In this document: one piece after another, positions 1-9,896 of the stretch | Layout of the letters: every line of letters begins with the position of its first letter | Numbering within the stretch: the first letter of the stretch is position 1 | Translations under genes and position numbers: made by a program | The notes under the pieces: generated by a model | Seen by the model: the letters and a program-made list of their open reading frames with translations, nothing else | The model's database searches: none | What the model was told of the DNA's origin: nothing | Source of the DNA: Acidobacteriota bacterium | GTDB lineage: Bacteria; Acidobacteriota; Vicinamibacteria; Vicinamibacterales; 2-12-FULL-66-21 | Assembly: GCA_013694845.1 (NCBI GenBank) | Contig: JACDBQ010000315.1 | Location: 1 to 36,526 of the forward strand | Direction of reading: 5' to 3' | Length of the DNA: 36,526 nt

Positions 1-203
1 GTGCCGGGATCGCCGGCGATCGCGTCACCCCGCTCGCCGAGCAGTGCCGTCATCACGCCGAACTCGCGGCGCACCTCGGCGTCCACCCGCGCCATCGCCT
101 GCGATTCGCTCCACCCGAAGCGGACCCACTCGAGCGCGAAACCGGCAACGGCCGCGAGCACCGCGAGCAGCATCCCCGCGCCCAGCAGCCGATGCCAGCT
201 CAC
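1..203 (-). CDS. N-terminal fragment of a membrane-anchored protein; the gene runs off the window start
   Basis: Not in the ORF track. The reverse strand from GTG (203-201) reads VSWHRLLGAGMLLAVLAAVAGFALEWVRFGWSESQAMARVDAEVRREFGVMTALLGERGDAIAGDPG, with one clear TM helix and G/C-rich third positions. The + ORF 1..207 is S/P/R/A low-complexity sequence typical of an off-frame in GC-rich DNA. Confidence 0.4.
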   Translation of the reverse strand, partial: MSWHRLLGAGMLLAVLAAVAGFALEWVRFGWSESQAMARVDAEVRREFGVMTALLGERGDAIAGDPG

Positions 204-288
204 GTGACGGTCACGGATCCGCGGAGTGTCGAGAGGATGCACCTTCGGCAGGAGAATACCGCAAAGGGTACACTGAGGATCCGCGCCG

Positions 289-1302
289 ATGACTCACCAT
301 CTTCCCCTGAAGGCCGCGCTCAAGCGAGGCGCGATCATCGCTGCAGCCAACTGGCCGCTCGTGGTGACCCAGTTCGTCGCGGAAGCGACCTTGAAGCTGC
401 TGCTGGGGGTCCCGGTGCTCGGCGGGCTCTTCCTCGTCGTCCTTCTGCTTGGCGCCGAAGTCGAGGACCTGCTGGCCGGCGATCTCCGCGACATCGTGGC
501 AGCCGTGTTTGCGGCCTTGCTCGCCAACCCGGTCGCGTTCGTGGCCTTCGGCACCGCCTTTCTGTTGGTGCTCCTCGGCGGCTCGGCGCTCACCTTCGTG
601 GTCAAGGGGGGGACGATGGCGTTGCTGGCCGAGGCCGAAGCGACGACGGGAACCATCGAACGGCCTCCGTTGCGCCTCGACTCCGTGCGGCGGGCGAGCC
701 GCGCGCATATCGAGCCGTTTCTCGACGGCTGCAAACGACTCTGGCGCCGGTACCTGCGGCTGGGGGGCTGCCTGCTGATCGCCTACGCGATCACCGCCGC
801 GGGCTATCTCGGGTTCATCGTCGGCGGCTACGCGCTCGCCAACAATACTCCGGTCATCCTCGGGTGGACGATCATCGCGGCGCTGGCTTCCAGTGCCCTG
901 GTCGTGTGGATCACGCTGATCAATCTGGTTTACCTGCTCACGCAGATGATCATCGCCGTCGAGGAAGTGAGTGTTCGCCGGGCGGCCGGGATGGTGCTCG
1001 AGTTCCTGCGATCCGCCTTGCGCGAGATCGCGGCGATCTTCGGCGTCGTGCTCCTGCTCGTGACCCTGGCGACCGTCGCGTCCATCCTCGCGACCGCGGG
1101 CCTCGGCTTGATCGCCTTCGTGCCGCTCGCAGGGCTGGCGGTCGTGCCGATGCAGGTGGCGGCCTGGCTCCTGCGCGGCTTCGTGTTCCAGTACCTCGGC
1201 CTCACCGCACTCTGCGCCTACCTGACCCAGTACCGCCTGTATGCGCACGGTCCCGCGACGGTGCGCGATCTTCGCGTCGCTCAACCCAACGCCTCCGCAT
1301 GA
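289..1302 (+). CDS. polytopic inner-membrane protein of unknown function
   Basis: 337-aa ORF with multiple long hydrophobic segments (e.g. LLLGVPVLGGLFLVVLLLG, AIFGVVLLLVTLATVASILATAGLGLIAFVPLAGLAVV) and strong GC3 bias. Its stop overlaps the next start (ATGA at 1299-1302). The antisense ORF 211..1284 is R/D/E/G-rich and was rejected. Confidence 0.75.
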   Translation: MTHHLPLKAALKRGAIIAAANWPLVVTQFVAEATLKLLLGVPVLGGLFLVVLLLGAEVEDLLAGDLRDIVAAVFAALLANPVAFVAFGTAFLLVLLGGSALTFVVKGGTMALLAEAEATTGTIERPPLRLDSVRRASRAHIEPFLDGCKRLWRRYLRLGGCLLIAYAITAAGYLGFIVGGYALANNTPVILGWTIIAALASSALVVWITLINLVYLLTQMIIAVEEVSVRRAAGMVLEFLRSALREIAAIFGVVLLLVTLATVASILATAGLGLIAFVPLAGLAVVPMQVAAWLLRGFVFQYLGLTALCAYLTQYRLYAHGPATVRDLRVAQPNASA

Positions 1303-2540
1303 TCAACTACGACGACTTTCTGTCCCATTCCGCCGAGCAGATGAAGGAGTCTGCTATCCGCCGGATGGGGACCGTGCTCGCGCAGTCCCGCAACACCATC
1401 TCGTTCGCACCGGGATACCCGGCGCCGGATACGTTCGCGTGGAACGACTTCACCGAAATCACGCGTGACCTGCTCACGGGCGTCGATGGCAGCGTGCTCC
1501 AGTACGGGCCGACACGCGGCTACAAACCACTGCTCGAAGAAATCGCCGGCATCATGACGTCGCGCGGCGTCACCTCGACGCCCGACCAGTTGCTGATCAC
1601 CACCGGGTCACAGCAGGGACTCGACCTGGTGGCCCGCGTCCTTCTTGACCCGGGCGACGTCGTGCTGGTCGAGCTCCCCACCTACACGGGGGCGATCACC
1701 GCATTCCGGAACGTGCAGGCGAGCATGGTGGGGGTGCCGCAGGAAGGGGACGGTGTCGACCTCGCCGCGCTCGAGGACACCTGCGCGCGGCTCCTGCGCG
1801 AGGGACGGCGGGTGCGGGTGCTGTATGTCGTTCCGAATTTTCAAAACCCCACCGGTCTGCTCATCGGTCTCGAAAAGCGTCAGCGGCTCCTCGCGTGGGC
1901 CGAGCGGCGCAACGTCCTCATCGTCGAGGACGATCCCTACCGCGAACTGTATTTCGAGGACTCGACCACGGAGGCGGACGTGCGCCCGATCAAAGCGGAT
2001 GATGCGAGCGGGAGGGTCGTCTACTTGAGCAGCTTCTCGAAGACCCTCGCTCCGGGGTACCGCGTCGCCTGGATTGACGCGCCGGCCCCGCTCGCGGCGA
2101 AATTCGAGATGGCCAAGCAGGCGGAGGACCTTTGCACGGGGGCGCTCGACCAGCGGGTGGTGTACGAGGCCTGCCGGCGCGGCGTGCTGCAGCGCCAGCT
2201 GCCACTGCTCCGGCGTCACTACCAGCAGAAGCGCGACGTCATGGTCGAGGCGCTCACGCGCGAATTCAAGGACGACCTCAGCTGGCCGTCACCCAGGGGC
2301 GGCTTCTTCCTGTGGGCCACCCTGCCGCCGCAGATCGACTCCGACGTGATGATCGCCCGGGCCGTCGAAAACGGCGTGATTTATGTGGCGGGTGAAGCAT
2401 TCTTCGTCAACGGCGCCGGGCGCAACATCATTCGCCTGGCCTTTTCCGCACCCTCACATGACAGGATTCGCGAAGGGGTGACGCGACTCGGCGAGACCGT
2501 GCGGCAGGAACTGGCGGCTATCGAGGCGGTCGCGAGATAG
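1299..2540 (+). CDS. PLP-dependent aminotransferase, fold type I (class I/II; 2-aminoadipate/aromatic aminotransferase-like)
   Basis: The translation from ATG 1299 (MINYDDFLSHSAEQMKESAIRRM...) has the typical family layout, including ISFAPGYP, TTGSQQGLDL, NPTG and the PLP-lysine motif SSFSKTLAPGYRVAW. The 192..2540 track ORF is an N-terminal over-extension that overlaps the previous gene. Confidence 0.88.
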   Translation: MINYDDFLSHSAEQMKESAIRRMGTVLAQSRNTISFAPGYPAPDTFAWNDFTEITRDLLTGVDGSVLQYGPTRGYKPLLEEIAGIMTSRGVTSTPDQLLITTGSQQGLDLVARVLLDPGDVVLVELPTYTGAITAFRNVQASMVGVPQEGDGVDLAALEDTCARLLREGRRVRVLYVVPNFQNPTGLLIGLEKRQRLLAWAERRNVLIVEDDPYRELYFEDSTTEADVRPIKADDASGRVVYLSSFSKTLAPGYRVAWIDAPAPLAAKFEMAKQAEDLCTGALDQRVVYEACRRGVLQRQLPLLRRHYQQKRDVMVEALTREFKDDLSWPSPRGGFFLWATLPPQIDSDVMIARAVENGVIYVAGEAFFVNGAGRNIIRLAFSAPSHDRIREGVTRLGETVRQELAAIEAVAR

Positions 2541-3699
2541 GGCTCACCGGGATCGCGTGAGTCAAGGACAGCTTCCAGCTCTCCTCGAGCCCGCCGGTCA
2601 CGGCCGCGAGAATCACCCCGCCGCTGGTCTCCGAGAACGCCGGCATCAGCGCCACACGCGCGGGGAACGTGATACTTCCCGCATTCGCGCCGTCAGCCGC
2701 GAGCAGCACGCGCATCTGCGTGCCCGCACCCAGGACGAAAATCGATCCGCCTGCCACGAGCGGTCCCGCCAATGGACGAAAGGGCACACCTGTGTGCCAC
2801 CGCTGGGCGCCGTTCCAACGGTCCACGGCGCGAACCAGGTTGTCGAGGCCCGCGAAATACACCCGCGCACCGTCGGTGGAGGCACGGCCGCGAATGCCCG
2901 AGCCGACCCGCATCCGCCACTCGATCTCACCAGACCGCGCGTGCAGGCTGTAGAACATCTTGTCGTCGGCGCCCAGGAAGATGGCCTCGTCGACGACCAG
3001 CGGTTCGCGGGGTGCACCACCGAGGCGGCGCTCCCACCTGATCCGACCGTTGGTCAGATCACGCGCGAGCACCCGTCCGTCCACGAGCGGCACGAACAGA
3101 TCATTCCCGGAGATCGCGGCGGACTCACGCTGGAGGCTGGCCTCAGCGGTCCAGACGATGCTGCCGTCGGTCGCACGCCGGGCGGTGAGCTTGCCTGCGG
3201 TGGCGTCGATGAGCCAGCCGTCCTTGACCAGGAGCGGCGCGGTGAGTGTCCCCGCAGACGCGCGCCAGGCCACCGAGCCGTCCGCCGTGCGAAGTGCGTG
3301 AATGGCTTCTCCGGACGCCACGAAGAGCAGGGTCCCGTCACTGGCCAGCGGTTGCTGGGGATTCAGCTCCGCGCGCCAGCTGGGTGCGCCATCCGCGCGG
3401 CGGAACGCCGCGACGATGCCCGGCAGGTGAGCGACGATCACGAGATCGCCGACGATCAGCGGACTGGTGGTCGCGGCGGCGGCAACCGGGACGGTCCACG
3501 CGATGGTCGTGGGCGCGTGTGGCACCGGCGCCGGCGTGCCCGGCAGCGTTGCGGGCATCCCGGCCACCGACAGCGCCTGCGCGGCAAGCCCACCCACGGG
3601 CAGGGCCGAGAGAGTCACCGACCAAGCGATCGTTTGGGCGACAAACCAACAAGATGTTGTGGTGGTGCGGGCCGAGTCCACACCATATAATAGCGTCAT
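2518..3699 (-). CDS. secreted PQQ-like beta-propeller repeat protein (BamB-like)
   Basis: The C-terminal 393 aa of track ORF 2518..4266 carry repeated propeller blades (ADGSVAWRA, TDGSIVWTA, TNGRIRWER, RSGEIEWRM, WNGAQRWHT). The N-terminus has a signal-like h-region ending in AQA. The start is uncertain: ATG 3699 or GTG 3681. The first codons after 3699 are A/T-ending and overlap a TATAAT box. Confidence 0.75.
   Translation of the reverse strand: MTLLYGVDSARTTTTSCWFVAQTIAWSVTLSALPVGGLAAQALSVAGMPATLPGTPAPVPHAPTTIAWTVPVAAAATTSPLIVGDLVIVAHLPGIVAAFRRADGAPSWRAELNPQQPLASDGTLLFVASGEAIHALRTADGSVAWRASAGTLTAPLLVKDGWLIDATAGKLTARRATDGSIVWTAEASLQRESAAISGNDLFVPLVDGRVLARDLTNGRIRWERRLGGAPREPLVVDEAIFLGADDKMFYSLHARSGEIEWRMRVGSGIRGRASTDGARVYFAGLDNLVRAVDRWNGAQRWHTGVPFRPLAGPLVAGGSIFVLGAGTQMRVLLAADGANAGSITFPARVALMPAFSETSGGVILAAVTGGLEESWKLSLTHAIPVSPISRPPR
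3686..3691 (+). promoter_or_regulatory. candidate -10 box (TATAAT) for guaA
   Basis: A perfect TATAAT lies 45 nt upstream of the guaA GTG in the short divergent spacer. No good -35 is present (TGGTGC at the 17-nt spacing). Confidence 0.3.
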
Positions 3700-3735
3700 C
3701 CAATCAGCTGAATTTTCCCGTCCGCCAGTCTCACT

Positions 3736-5271
3736 GTGAATCATCAGACTATCGTTGTCCTCGACTTCGGCTCGCAATTCACCCAGCTGATTGCGCGCCG
3801 CCTGCGCGAACTGTCGGTATACGCGGAGATCCTGCCTTTCGACACGCCGCTCGCGACGATCCAGGGACGACGGCCGGTCGGCATCATCCTGTCGGGTGGT
3901 CCGAAGAGTGTCTCGGATGTCGGCGCGCCACATTGCGACGTTGCGGTATACGACGCTGGTGTCCCCGTGCTCGGCATCTGCTACGGAATGCAGTTGATGA
4001 CGTATGCGCTCGGCGGGGAAGTCGCGCCGGCGCCCCACCGCGAGTTCGGCCTGGCGACGATTCACATCGATCCAGGCGCTCCGCTGTTTGCCGCCATCCC
4101 GTCCGACCTGCGCGTGTGGGCCAGCCACGGCGATTTCGTGAAGGCCGCACCGGCCGGGTTCACGGTTACGGCGACCAGCGCGAACGCCCCCGTCGCGGCG
4201 ATGGCGGCGGCAGACCGCGGCCTGTACGCGCTCTTGTTCCACCCCGAGGTGGCGCACACCGATCATGGCCTCGAGATCCTTCGCAATTTCGCCTACGACG
4301 TCTGTGGCTGCAGGGGCGACTGGACAATGCAGTCGTTTGTCGGGGAGGCGACCGGGCGGATCCAGGCGCAGGTCGGCGAGGGACGCGTCGTCTGCGGGTT
4401 GAGCGGCGGTGTGGATTCAACGGTGGCGGCCGTGCTGATGCACCGTGCCATCGGCGATCGTCTCACCTGTATCTTCGTGGACAACGGCGTGCTGCGGCAG
4501 GACGAGGCGGAGCAGATCCGGCTGCGGTTCGAACGTCTGCACCTTCCCCTCATCTTCGTGGATGCGGCGGAGTTGTTTCTGACGCGTCTGGCCGGTGTGA
4601 CCGATCCCGAGCAGAAGCGAAAGGTCATCGGCGCGACGTTCATCGACGTGTTCGACGAGCAGGCCACGAAGATCGGATCCTTCGACTTCCTCGGCCAAGG
4701 CACGCTGTATCCCGATGTCATCGAGAGTGTATCGGTCGTCGGTCCGTCCGCGCCGATCAAGAGCCATCACAACGTCGGCGGCTTGCCCTCGCGGATGCGG
4801 TTCACGCTGGTGGAACCGCTCCGCCTCCTGTTCAAGGACGAAGTCCGCAAGGTCGGCGAGGAGCTGGGACTGGATGCGGAGTTCGTCTGGAGACAGCCGT
4901 TCCCGGGCCCGGGGCTGGCGGTGCGGATCCTGGGCGAAGTCACGCACTCACGACTCGACCTGCTGCGGCGCGCCGACCATATCGTGTCCGAAGAGGTGAA
5001 GAAGGCGGGCTGGTATCGGACGCTGTGGCAGTCCTTCGCCGTGCTGCTGCCGGTCCAGAGCGTGGGCGTGATGGGGGATGCGCGAACCTACGAGTACACC
5101 ATCGCGATCCGCGCCGTGGAAAGCCGCGACGGCATGACCGCCGACTGGGCGCGCCTGCCCCACGACCTCCTCGCGTCCATCTCGTCGCGCATCGTCAACG
5201 AGGTCAAGGGGATCAATCGGGTGGTCTACGACATCAGTTCCAAACCACCCTCGACCATTGAATGGGAGTAG
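3736..5271 (+). CDS. guaA: GMP synthase (glutamine-hydrolysing)
   Basis: 511 aa. The N-terminal GATase region ([26 protein letters not shown]) is followed by the PP-loop [12 protein letters not shown] and a conserved C-terminus ending in PPSTIEWE. Confidence 0.96.
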   Translation: MNHQTIVVLDFGSQFTQLIARRLRELSVYAEILPFDTPLATIQGRRPVGIILSGGPKSVSDVGAPHCDVAVYDAGVPVLGICYGMQLMTYALGGEVAPAPHREFGLATIHIDPGAPLFAAIPSDLRVWASHGDFVKAAPAGFTVTATSANAPVAAMAAADRGLYALLFHPEVAHTDHGLEILRNFAYDVCGCRGDWTMQSFVGEATGRIQAQVGEGRVVCGLSGGVDSTVAAVLMHRAIGDRLTCIFVDNGVLRQDEAEQIRLRFERLHLPLIFVDAAELFLTRLAGVTDPEQKRKVIGATFIDVFDEQATKIGSFDFLGQGTLYPDVIESVSVVGPSAPIKSHHNVGGLPSRMRFTLVEPLRLLFKDEVRKVGEELGLDAEFVWRQPFPGPGLAVRILGEVTHSRLDLLRRADHIVSEEVKKAGWYRTLWQSFAVLLPVQSVGVMGDARTYEYTIAIRAVESRDGMTADWARLPHDLLASISSRIVNEVKGINRVVYDISSKPPSTIEWE

Positions 5272-5285
5272 ACACTGACGATGAC

Positions 5286-5414
5286 AATGCTGAGGGCTGA
5301 ATGCTGAATGCTGAAGTCAGGGTGCAAGGATCAAGGTGGCAAGGCCGCCTTCATTGCGCCATTCGGCATTGCACCAATACTTCAGCATTCAGCATTCAGC
5401 CTTCAGCATTGCAA
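5286..5414. repeat. inverted arrays of 7-nt tandem repeats (AATGCTG x5 / reverse complement x5) predicting a 32-bp hairpin
   Basis: 5286-5320 reads AATGCTG|AGGGCTG|AATGCTG|AATGCTG|AAGTCAG and 5380-5414 reads CTTCAGC|ATTCAGC|ATTCAGC|CTTCAGC|ATTGCAA. Segment 5286-5317 is complementary to 5379-5410 at 31/32 positions. Confidence 0.9.
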
Positions 5415-8400
5415 TGAGCGAATTCGTCCACCTTCACCTGCACTCCGAATATTCGCTCCTCGACGGCGCCTGCCGGATCGAGGAGCTGCTCGATAAATGT
5501 GTCGAGCTGAAGATGCCGGCGGCGGCGATCACGGAGCATGGCAACATGTTCTCGTCGATCATCTTTCATGACCAGGCGAGAAAGCGCGGGATCAATCCGA
5601 TCCTCGGCTGCGAGGTCTACGTGGCGCCGGGTGACCGGCGCACGAAGAGCGGCACCCCTGGCGAGACGGCCAATCACCTCGTCCTGCTGGCGGAAACCAG
5701 AGAGGGTTACCACAATCTCATCAAGCTCGTGTCGTCGGGATATACCGAAGGCTTCTATTACAAGCCGCGCATCGACAAGGACATCCTCGCGCAACACTCC
5801 AAAGGGCTGATCGGCCTGAGCAGCTGTCTCAAGGGTGAGGTGGCGACCGGGATCCGCAGAGAGCAGCAGAAGAAAGCGATGGAAGCGGCCGCGGCGTACC
5901 GGGACATTCTCGGGCCGGACAATTTCTTCCTCGAGATGCAGTATCAGGGCATCGAAGAGCAGAAGATCGTCAACATCGGTCTGCAGCCGATTGCGAAAGA
6001 GCTGAACCTGCAGGTCGTGGCGACCAACGACGTCCACTACCTGCAGAACTCCGATTTCAAGCCGCACGACATCCTGCTGTGCATCGGCACCGGGAAGACG
6101 GTGAACGACACCGAGCGGCTGCGGTATCACGGGGACCAGTTCTATTTGAAGACGGCCGCCGAGATGGCCCTCGTGTTCGGCGACTTTCCGGAGGCGATGG
6201 CCAACACCGTCCGGATCGCCGAGCGCTGCCAGGTCGATCTCTCGGGAACGGTAAACCACCTTCCGAACTTCGACGTCCCCGCTGACTTCACCCTGGACGG
6301 CTATTTCGAGCACATCGTCCGCCAGGGCTTCGAGATGCGGCTGGCGCGGCTGCAAGACCTCGCCGCGAGAGGGATCCTCAAGCACACGATCGACGAGTAC
6401 GAACGACGGCTGACCTATGAGATCGAGATGATCCAGCAGATGAAGTACCCCGGGTACTTCCTGATCACCTGGGATTTCATCCGTTACGCGCGCGAGAAAG
6501 GGATCCCGGTCGGGCCCGGCCGTGGCTCGGCGGCCGGCAGCTTCGTCGCGTATTGCCTGCGCATCACCGACGTGGATCCGATCGAGTACGACCTGATCTT
6601 CGAGCGCTTCCTGAACCCGGAACGGGTGTCGCTGCCCGACATCGACATCGACTTCTGCGAGCGGCGCCGCGGTGAAGTGATCGAGTACGTCACCCAGAAG
6701 TACGGCCGGGCCAACGTCGCACAGATCATCACGTTCGGCACGATGAAGGCGCGCGCGGTCGTTCGCGACGTCGCCCGGGTCATGGACATTCCCTACGCGG
6801 ACGCGGACCGCGTGGCGAAAGCCGTCCCCCCGGCACTCGACATGACCCTCGCCAAGGCGCTCGAAGAGAGCCCCGTGCTCCGGGACCTCCAGCAGAAAGA
6901 CGAGCGCATCAAGGAGCTCCTGGCCGTGGCCCAGCGGCTCGAAGGCATGACGCGGCACGCGTCGGTTCACGCCGCGGGCGTCGTGATCGCGCCTCGCCCC
7001 CTGACGGAGTTCGTCCCGCTCTACAAGAGTCAGAAGGACGAGATCGTCACCCAGTGGGCGATGAAGGAGGTCGAGCGCGTTGGCCTGCTGAAGATGGATT
7101 TCCTGGGTCTCAGCACGCTCACGCTGATCCAGGACGCGCTGGATGAGATCAAGCGCACCGAGGGGATCACGCTCGACATCGACGCGATTCCCCTCGACGA
7201 CGCCAGGACCTTCCAGTTGTTCTGCGACGGCCAGACTTACGGCGTCTTTCAGTTCGAAAGCTCAGGCATGCGCGAACTGCTCCGCAAGGCGAAGCCGGGG
7301 CGGCTCGACGACCTGATCGCGTTGAACGCGCTCTACCGGCCCGGTCCGCTCAAATCGGGGATGGTCGACGACTACATCTCGCGAAAACAGGGCAAAACCG
7401 AGGTCAAGTACGAGCTCCCGCAACTGGTACCGATCCTCGGAGACACCTACGGCGTCATCGCATACCAGGAGCAGGTCATGCGCATCGCCGCGGTGCTCGC
7501 CGGCTTCACGATGGGCCAGTCCGACATGTTGCGAAAGGCCATGGGCAAGAAGGATCCCAGGGTCATGGCCCGGCAACGTGAAGCCTTCATGCAGGGAGCG
7601 AAGAACAACAGCGTCAACGAGAAGAAAGCGACGAAGATCTTCGACCTGATGGAATACTTCGCCGGGTACGGCTTCAACAAGTCGCACTCGACGACCTACG
7701 CCTGGATCGCGTACCAGACCGGGTATCTCAAAGCCAACTACCCGTGGCATTTCATGGCGGCGCTGCTCACGATCGAATCGGCCAACACCGACAAGCTCGC
7801 GATGTATCTGAACGAGTGCCGTGAGCTCGGCGTGCCGATCCTGCCGCCGGACGTGAACTCCAGCGAACTGCGGTTCACCGTCGTCAAAGAGGGTGTGCGG
7901 TTCGGGTTGTGCGCCGTGAAGAACGTCGGGGAGGGAGCCGTCCAGTCGATTCTCGACGTGCGCCGGACGGTCGGGCGGCTCCATTCGCTCCATGCGTTGT
8001 GCGAGCATGGTGACCTGCGGCTGGTGAACAAACGGGTGCTCGAGAGTCTGGTCAAGGCTGGTGCGCTCGACTCCCTGGCACCCGACGCGGCGAGCGATAC
8101 GCGACGGGCACGGGCCCGTCTGTTTACCGCGATCGACAAGGCCCTCGAGCATGGCAACCGCCATCAACGGGATCGTGACAAGGGGCAGACCCAGCTGTTC
8201 GGCGGTCCGGCGGAAGACGGTACCCCGATGACCGTGCCTCTCGCCGATGCCCCACCCTGGGGCGAGGCCGTCCAGCTCGCCGGTGAGAAGGAAGCGCTCG
8301 GGTTCTACTTCAGCGGACACCCGCTCGACCGGTTCGCCGACGATCTCAAAGTGTTCGGCGCCCGGCGGGTCGCCGACCTCACCGAATCGCTGCCCGACGT

Positions 8401-8893
8401 CTGGACCGCCGGCATCGTCTCGGGCCTGCGTCCGCTCAAGACGAAGAAGGGAGATCGGATGGCGGTCTTCATGCTGGACGATGTCGCGGGAAACCTGGAG
8501 ATCGTGGTGTTCCCCGAAACGTTCGGCAAATACGGCGGGGTGATCGAAGCCGACGCCATGGTGCTCGTCCGCGGCAAGCTGGAGAAGGACGATGAATCTG
8601 CCCGGATCGTGGCGACGGAGCTGCAGCCTATTGCGATGCTCCAGGAACGCACCACGAAGGAAGTCGCGATCCATCTCTCCGTCCCCCCGCACGGGCGAAA
8701 CACTTTCGAAGCCCTCGCCGAGCTGCTCTCGCGCCATCGCGGCGATCGCCGCGTGTTCCTCGAGCTGGACGTCAAAGGGAAGGGAAAACCGCTGCGGGTC
8801 AGGTCCGAGGTGACCCAGCGGGTGAAGCCTTCTGAGCGGCTGGTGTCCGAGGTGGAACAACTGTGCGGATCGGGATCGGTGGAACTCAGATAG
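5414..8893 (+). CDS. dnaE: DNA polymerase III alpha subunit
   Basis: 1159 aa from ATG 5414 (MSEFVHLHLHSEYSLLDGA, the PHP domain start), with polymerase core motifs throughout (GPGRGSAAGSFVAYCLRITDVDP, PDIDIDF, YRPGP, FNKSH) and a C-terminal OB region. The track start at 5336 reads through the repeat element. Confidence 0.96.
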   Translation: MSEFVHLHLHSEYSLLDGACRIEELLDKCVELKMPAAAITEHGNMFSSIIFHDQARKRGINPILGCEVYVAPGDRRTKSGTPGETANHLVLLAETREGYHNLIKLVSSGYTEGFYYKPRIDKDILAQHSKGLIGLSSCLKGEVATGIRREQQKKAMEAAAAYRDILGPDNFFLEMQYQGIEEQKIVNIGLQPIAKELNLQVVATNDVHYLQNSDFKPHDILLCIGTGKTVNDTERLRYHGDQFYLKTAAEMALVFGDFPEAMANTVRIAERCQVDLSGTVNHLPNFDVPADFTLDGYFEHIVRQGFEMRLARLQDLAARGILKHTIDEYERRLTYEIEMIQQMKYPGYFLITWDFIRYAREKGIPVGPGRGSAAGSFVAYCLRITDVDPIEYDLIFERFLNPERVSLPDIDIDFCERRRGEVIEYVTQKYGRANVAQIITFGTMKARAVVRDVARVMDIPYADADRVAKAVPPALDMTLAKALEESPVLRDLQQKDERIKELLAVAQRLEGMTRHASVHAAGVVIAPRPLTEFVPLYKSQKDEIVTQWAMKEVERVGLLKMDFLGLSTLTLIQDALDEIKRTEGITLDIDAIPLDDARTFQLFCDGQTYGVFQFESSGMRELLRKAKPGRLDDLIALNALYRPGPLKSGMVDDYISRKQGKTEVKYELPQLVPILGDTYGVIAYQEQVMRIAAVLAGFTMGQSDMLRKAMGKKDPRVMARQREAFMQGAKNNSVNEKKATKIFDLMEYFAGYGFNKSHSTTYAWIAYQTGYLKANYPWHFMAALLTIESANTDKLAMYLNECRELGVPILPPDVNSSELRFTVVKEGVRFGLCAVKNVGEGAVQSILDVRRTVGRLHSLHALCEHGDLRLVNKRVLESLVKAGALDSLAPDAASDTRRARARLFTAIDKALEHGNRHQRDRDKGQTQLFGGPAEDGTPMTVPLADAPPWGEAVQLAGEKEALGFYFSGHPLDRFADDLKVFGARRVADLTESLPDVWTAGIVSGLRPLKTKKGDRMAVFMLDDVAGNLEIVVFPETFGKYGGVIEADAMVLVRGKLEKDDESARIVATELQPIAMLQERTTKEVAIHLSVPPHGRNTFEALAELLSRHRGDRRVFLELDVKGKGKPLRVRSEVTQRVKPSERLVSEVEQLCGSGSVELR

Positions 8894-8909
8894 CCCAGAG
8901 CCAAACCCT

Positions 8910-9896
8910 ATGCCTCCTGAACTGCTGGAATTCGAAGAGCCGGTCGGCGTCCTCCTCAAGGAGATCGAGGCGCTCGGGATGTTGCCGCAGACGCCCGAGC
9001 GCAAGCGGTCCATCGACACGCTGCGGAAGCGGGCCGACGAGATCCGCGTCGTCCTTTACGAGAACCTGACCCCCTGGCAGCGCGTGCTCGTCGCCCGCCA
9101 TCCGAACCGGCCCAACACGCTCGACTACATCGAGCGGCTGTTCACGGGATGGGAAGAGCTGCACGGGGATCGCCGCTTCGCCGACGATCACGCGATCATC
9201 ACCGGGTTCGGCGAGTATCGCGGGCAATCCGTGGCCGTCATCGGGCACCAGAAGGGGCGCGATACGAAGCAGAAGATCTTCCGCAATTTCGGGTACGCGC
9301 GGCCGGAAGGCTACCGGAAAGCCCTCCGGGTGTTGCAGCTCGCCCAGAAGTTCAGCCGCCCGGTCATCGTTTTCATCGACACCCCGGCCGCCTATCCGGG
9401 TGTCGAGTCTGAAGAGAGAGGCGTCGCAGAGGCGATCGCGTTGAACCTGCGCGAGATGATGATGATCGAAGTCCCGATCATCGTCACGGTGTGCGGCGAA
9501 GGGGGAAGCGGCGGGGCGCTCGGGATCGCGATCGGCGATCGCGTCTTCATGCAGGAGTTCTCGGTCTACAGCGTCATCCCGCCCGAAGGGTGTGCGGCGA
9601 TTCTCTGGCGCGACTCGAACCGCAAGGTCGAAGCCGCCGCGGCGCTGAAGATCACCGCCCCCGACATGGTGGCCCTGGGCCTGGTCGACGGCATCATCCC
9701 CGAGCCGGCGGGCGGCGCCCACAACGATCACGAACGGGCGACCGCGCTGGTGGACCAGGCGCTGAACCATGCGCTCGCGGAGGTTTCGGCCCTCGGCGTC
9801 CAGGAGCGGCTGAACCTGCGTTACGACAAGTTCCGCAGGATGGGCGAAGAAGGAACGGCGTTCGTGGACAAGAAAAAGTCAATGCTGAATGCATGA
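8910..9896 (+). CDS. accA: acetyl-CoA carboxylase carboxyltransferase alpha subunit
   Basis: 328 aa with strong family resemblance (LTPWQRVLVARHPNRPNTLDYI, FIDTPAAYPGVESEERG, GEGGSGGALGI). Confidence 0.94.
   Translation: MPPELLEFEEPVGVLLKEIEALGMLPQTPERKRSIDTLRKRADEIRVVLYENLTPWQRVLVARHPNRPNTLDYIERLFTGWEELHGDRRFADDHAIITGFGEYRGQSVAVIGHQKGRDTKQKIFRNFGYARPEGYRKALRVLQLAQKFSRPVIVFIDTPAAYPGVESEERGVAEAIALNLREMMMIEVPIIVTVCGEGGSGGALGIAIGDRVFMQEFSVYSVIPPEGCAAILWRDSNRKVEAAAALKITAPDMVALGLVDGIIPEPAGGAHNDHERATALVDQALNHALAEVSALGVQERLNLRYDKFRRMGEEGTAFVDKKKSMLNA

Noticed and set aside
211-1284. Long antisense or overlapping ORFs in the track. Examples: 211..1284-, 3246..5261+, 5396..6970-, 7262..9019-, 8886..9770-, 16516..17700-, 17631..18557-, 18934..20184-, 24185..24907+, 27239..28735-, 35001..35873-.
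   Set aside because: Each lies opposite or out of frame to a gene with clear family motifs. Their translations are R/G/P/A/D-rich low complexity with no recognisable domains, which is the expected stop-codon-poor artefact of GC-rich DNA.
192-1298. N-terminal over-extensions of real genes in the ORF track: 192..1298, 3700..4266 (-), 5336..5413, 9491..9892, 10975..11610, 19285..19323, 21462..21590, 27081..27242 (-), 30728..30844, 33477..33599.
   Set aside because: The extensions overlap the preceding gene or repeat elements and look like off-frame sequence. Family-conserved N-termini begin at the internal starts that I used.
5286-5414. Possibility that the short tandem repeats are CRISPR arrays or phase-variation tracts.
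   Set aside because: The units are 7 nt with no spacers and no cas genes, so they are not CRISPR. They flank essential housekeeping genes rather than surface or restriction genes, which makes classic phase variation unlikely.
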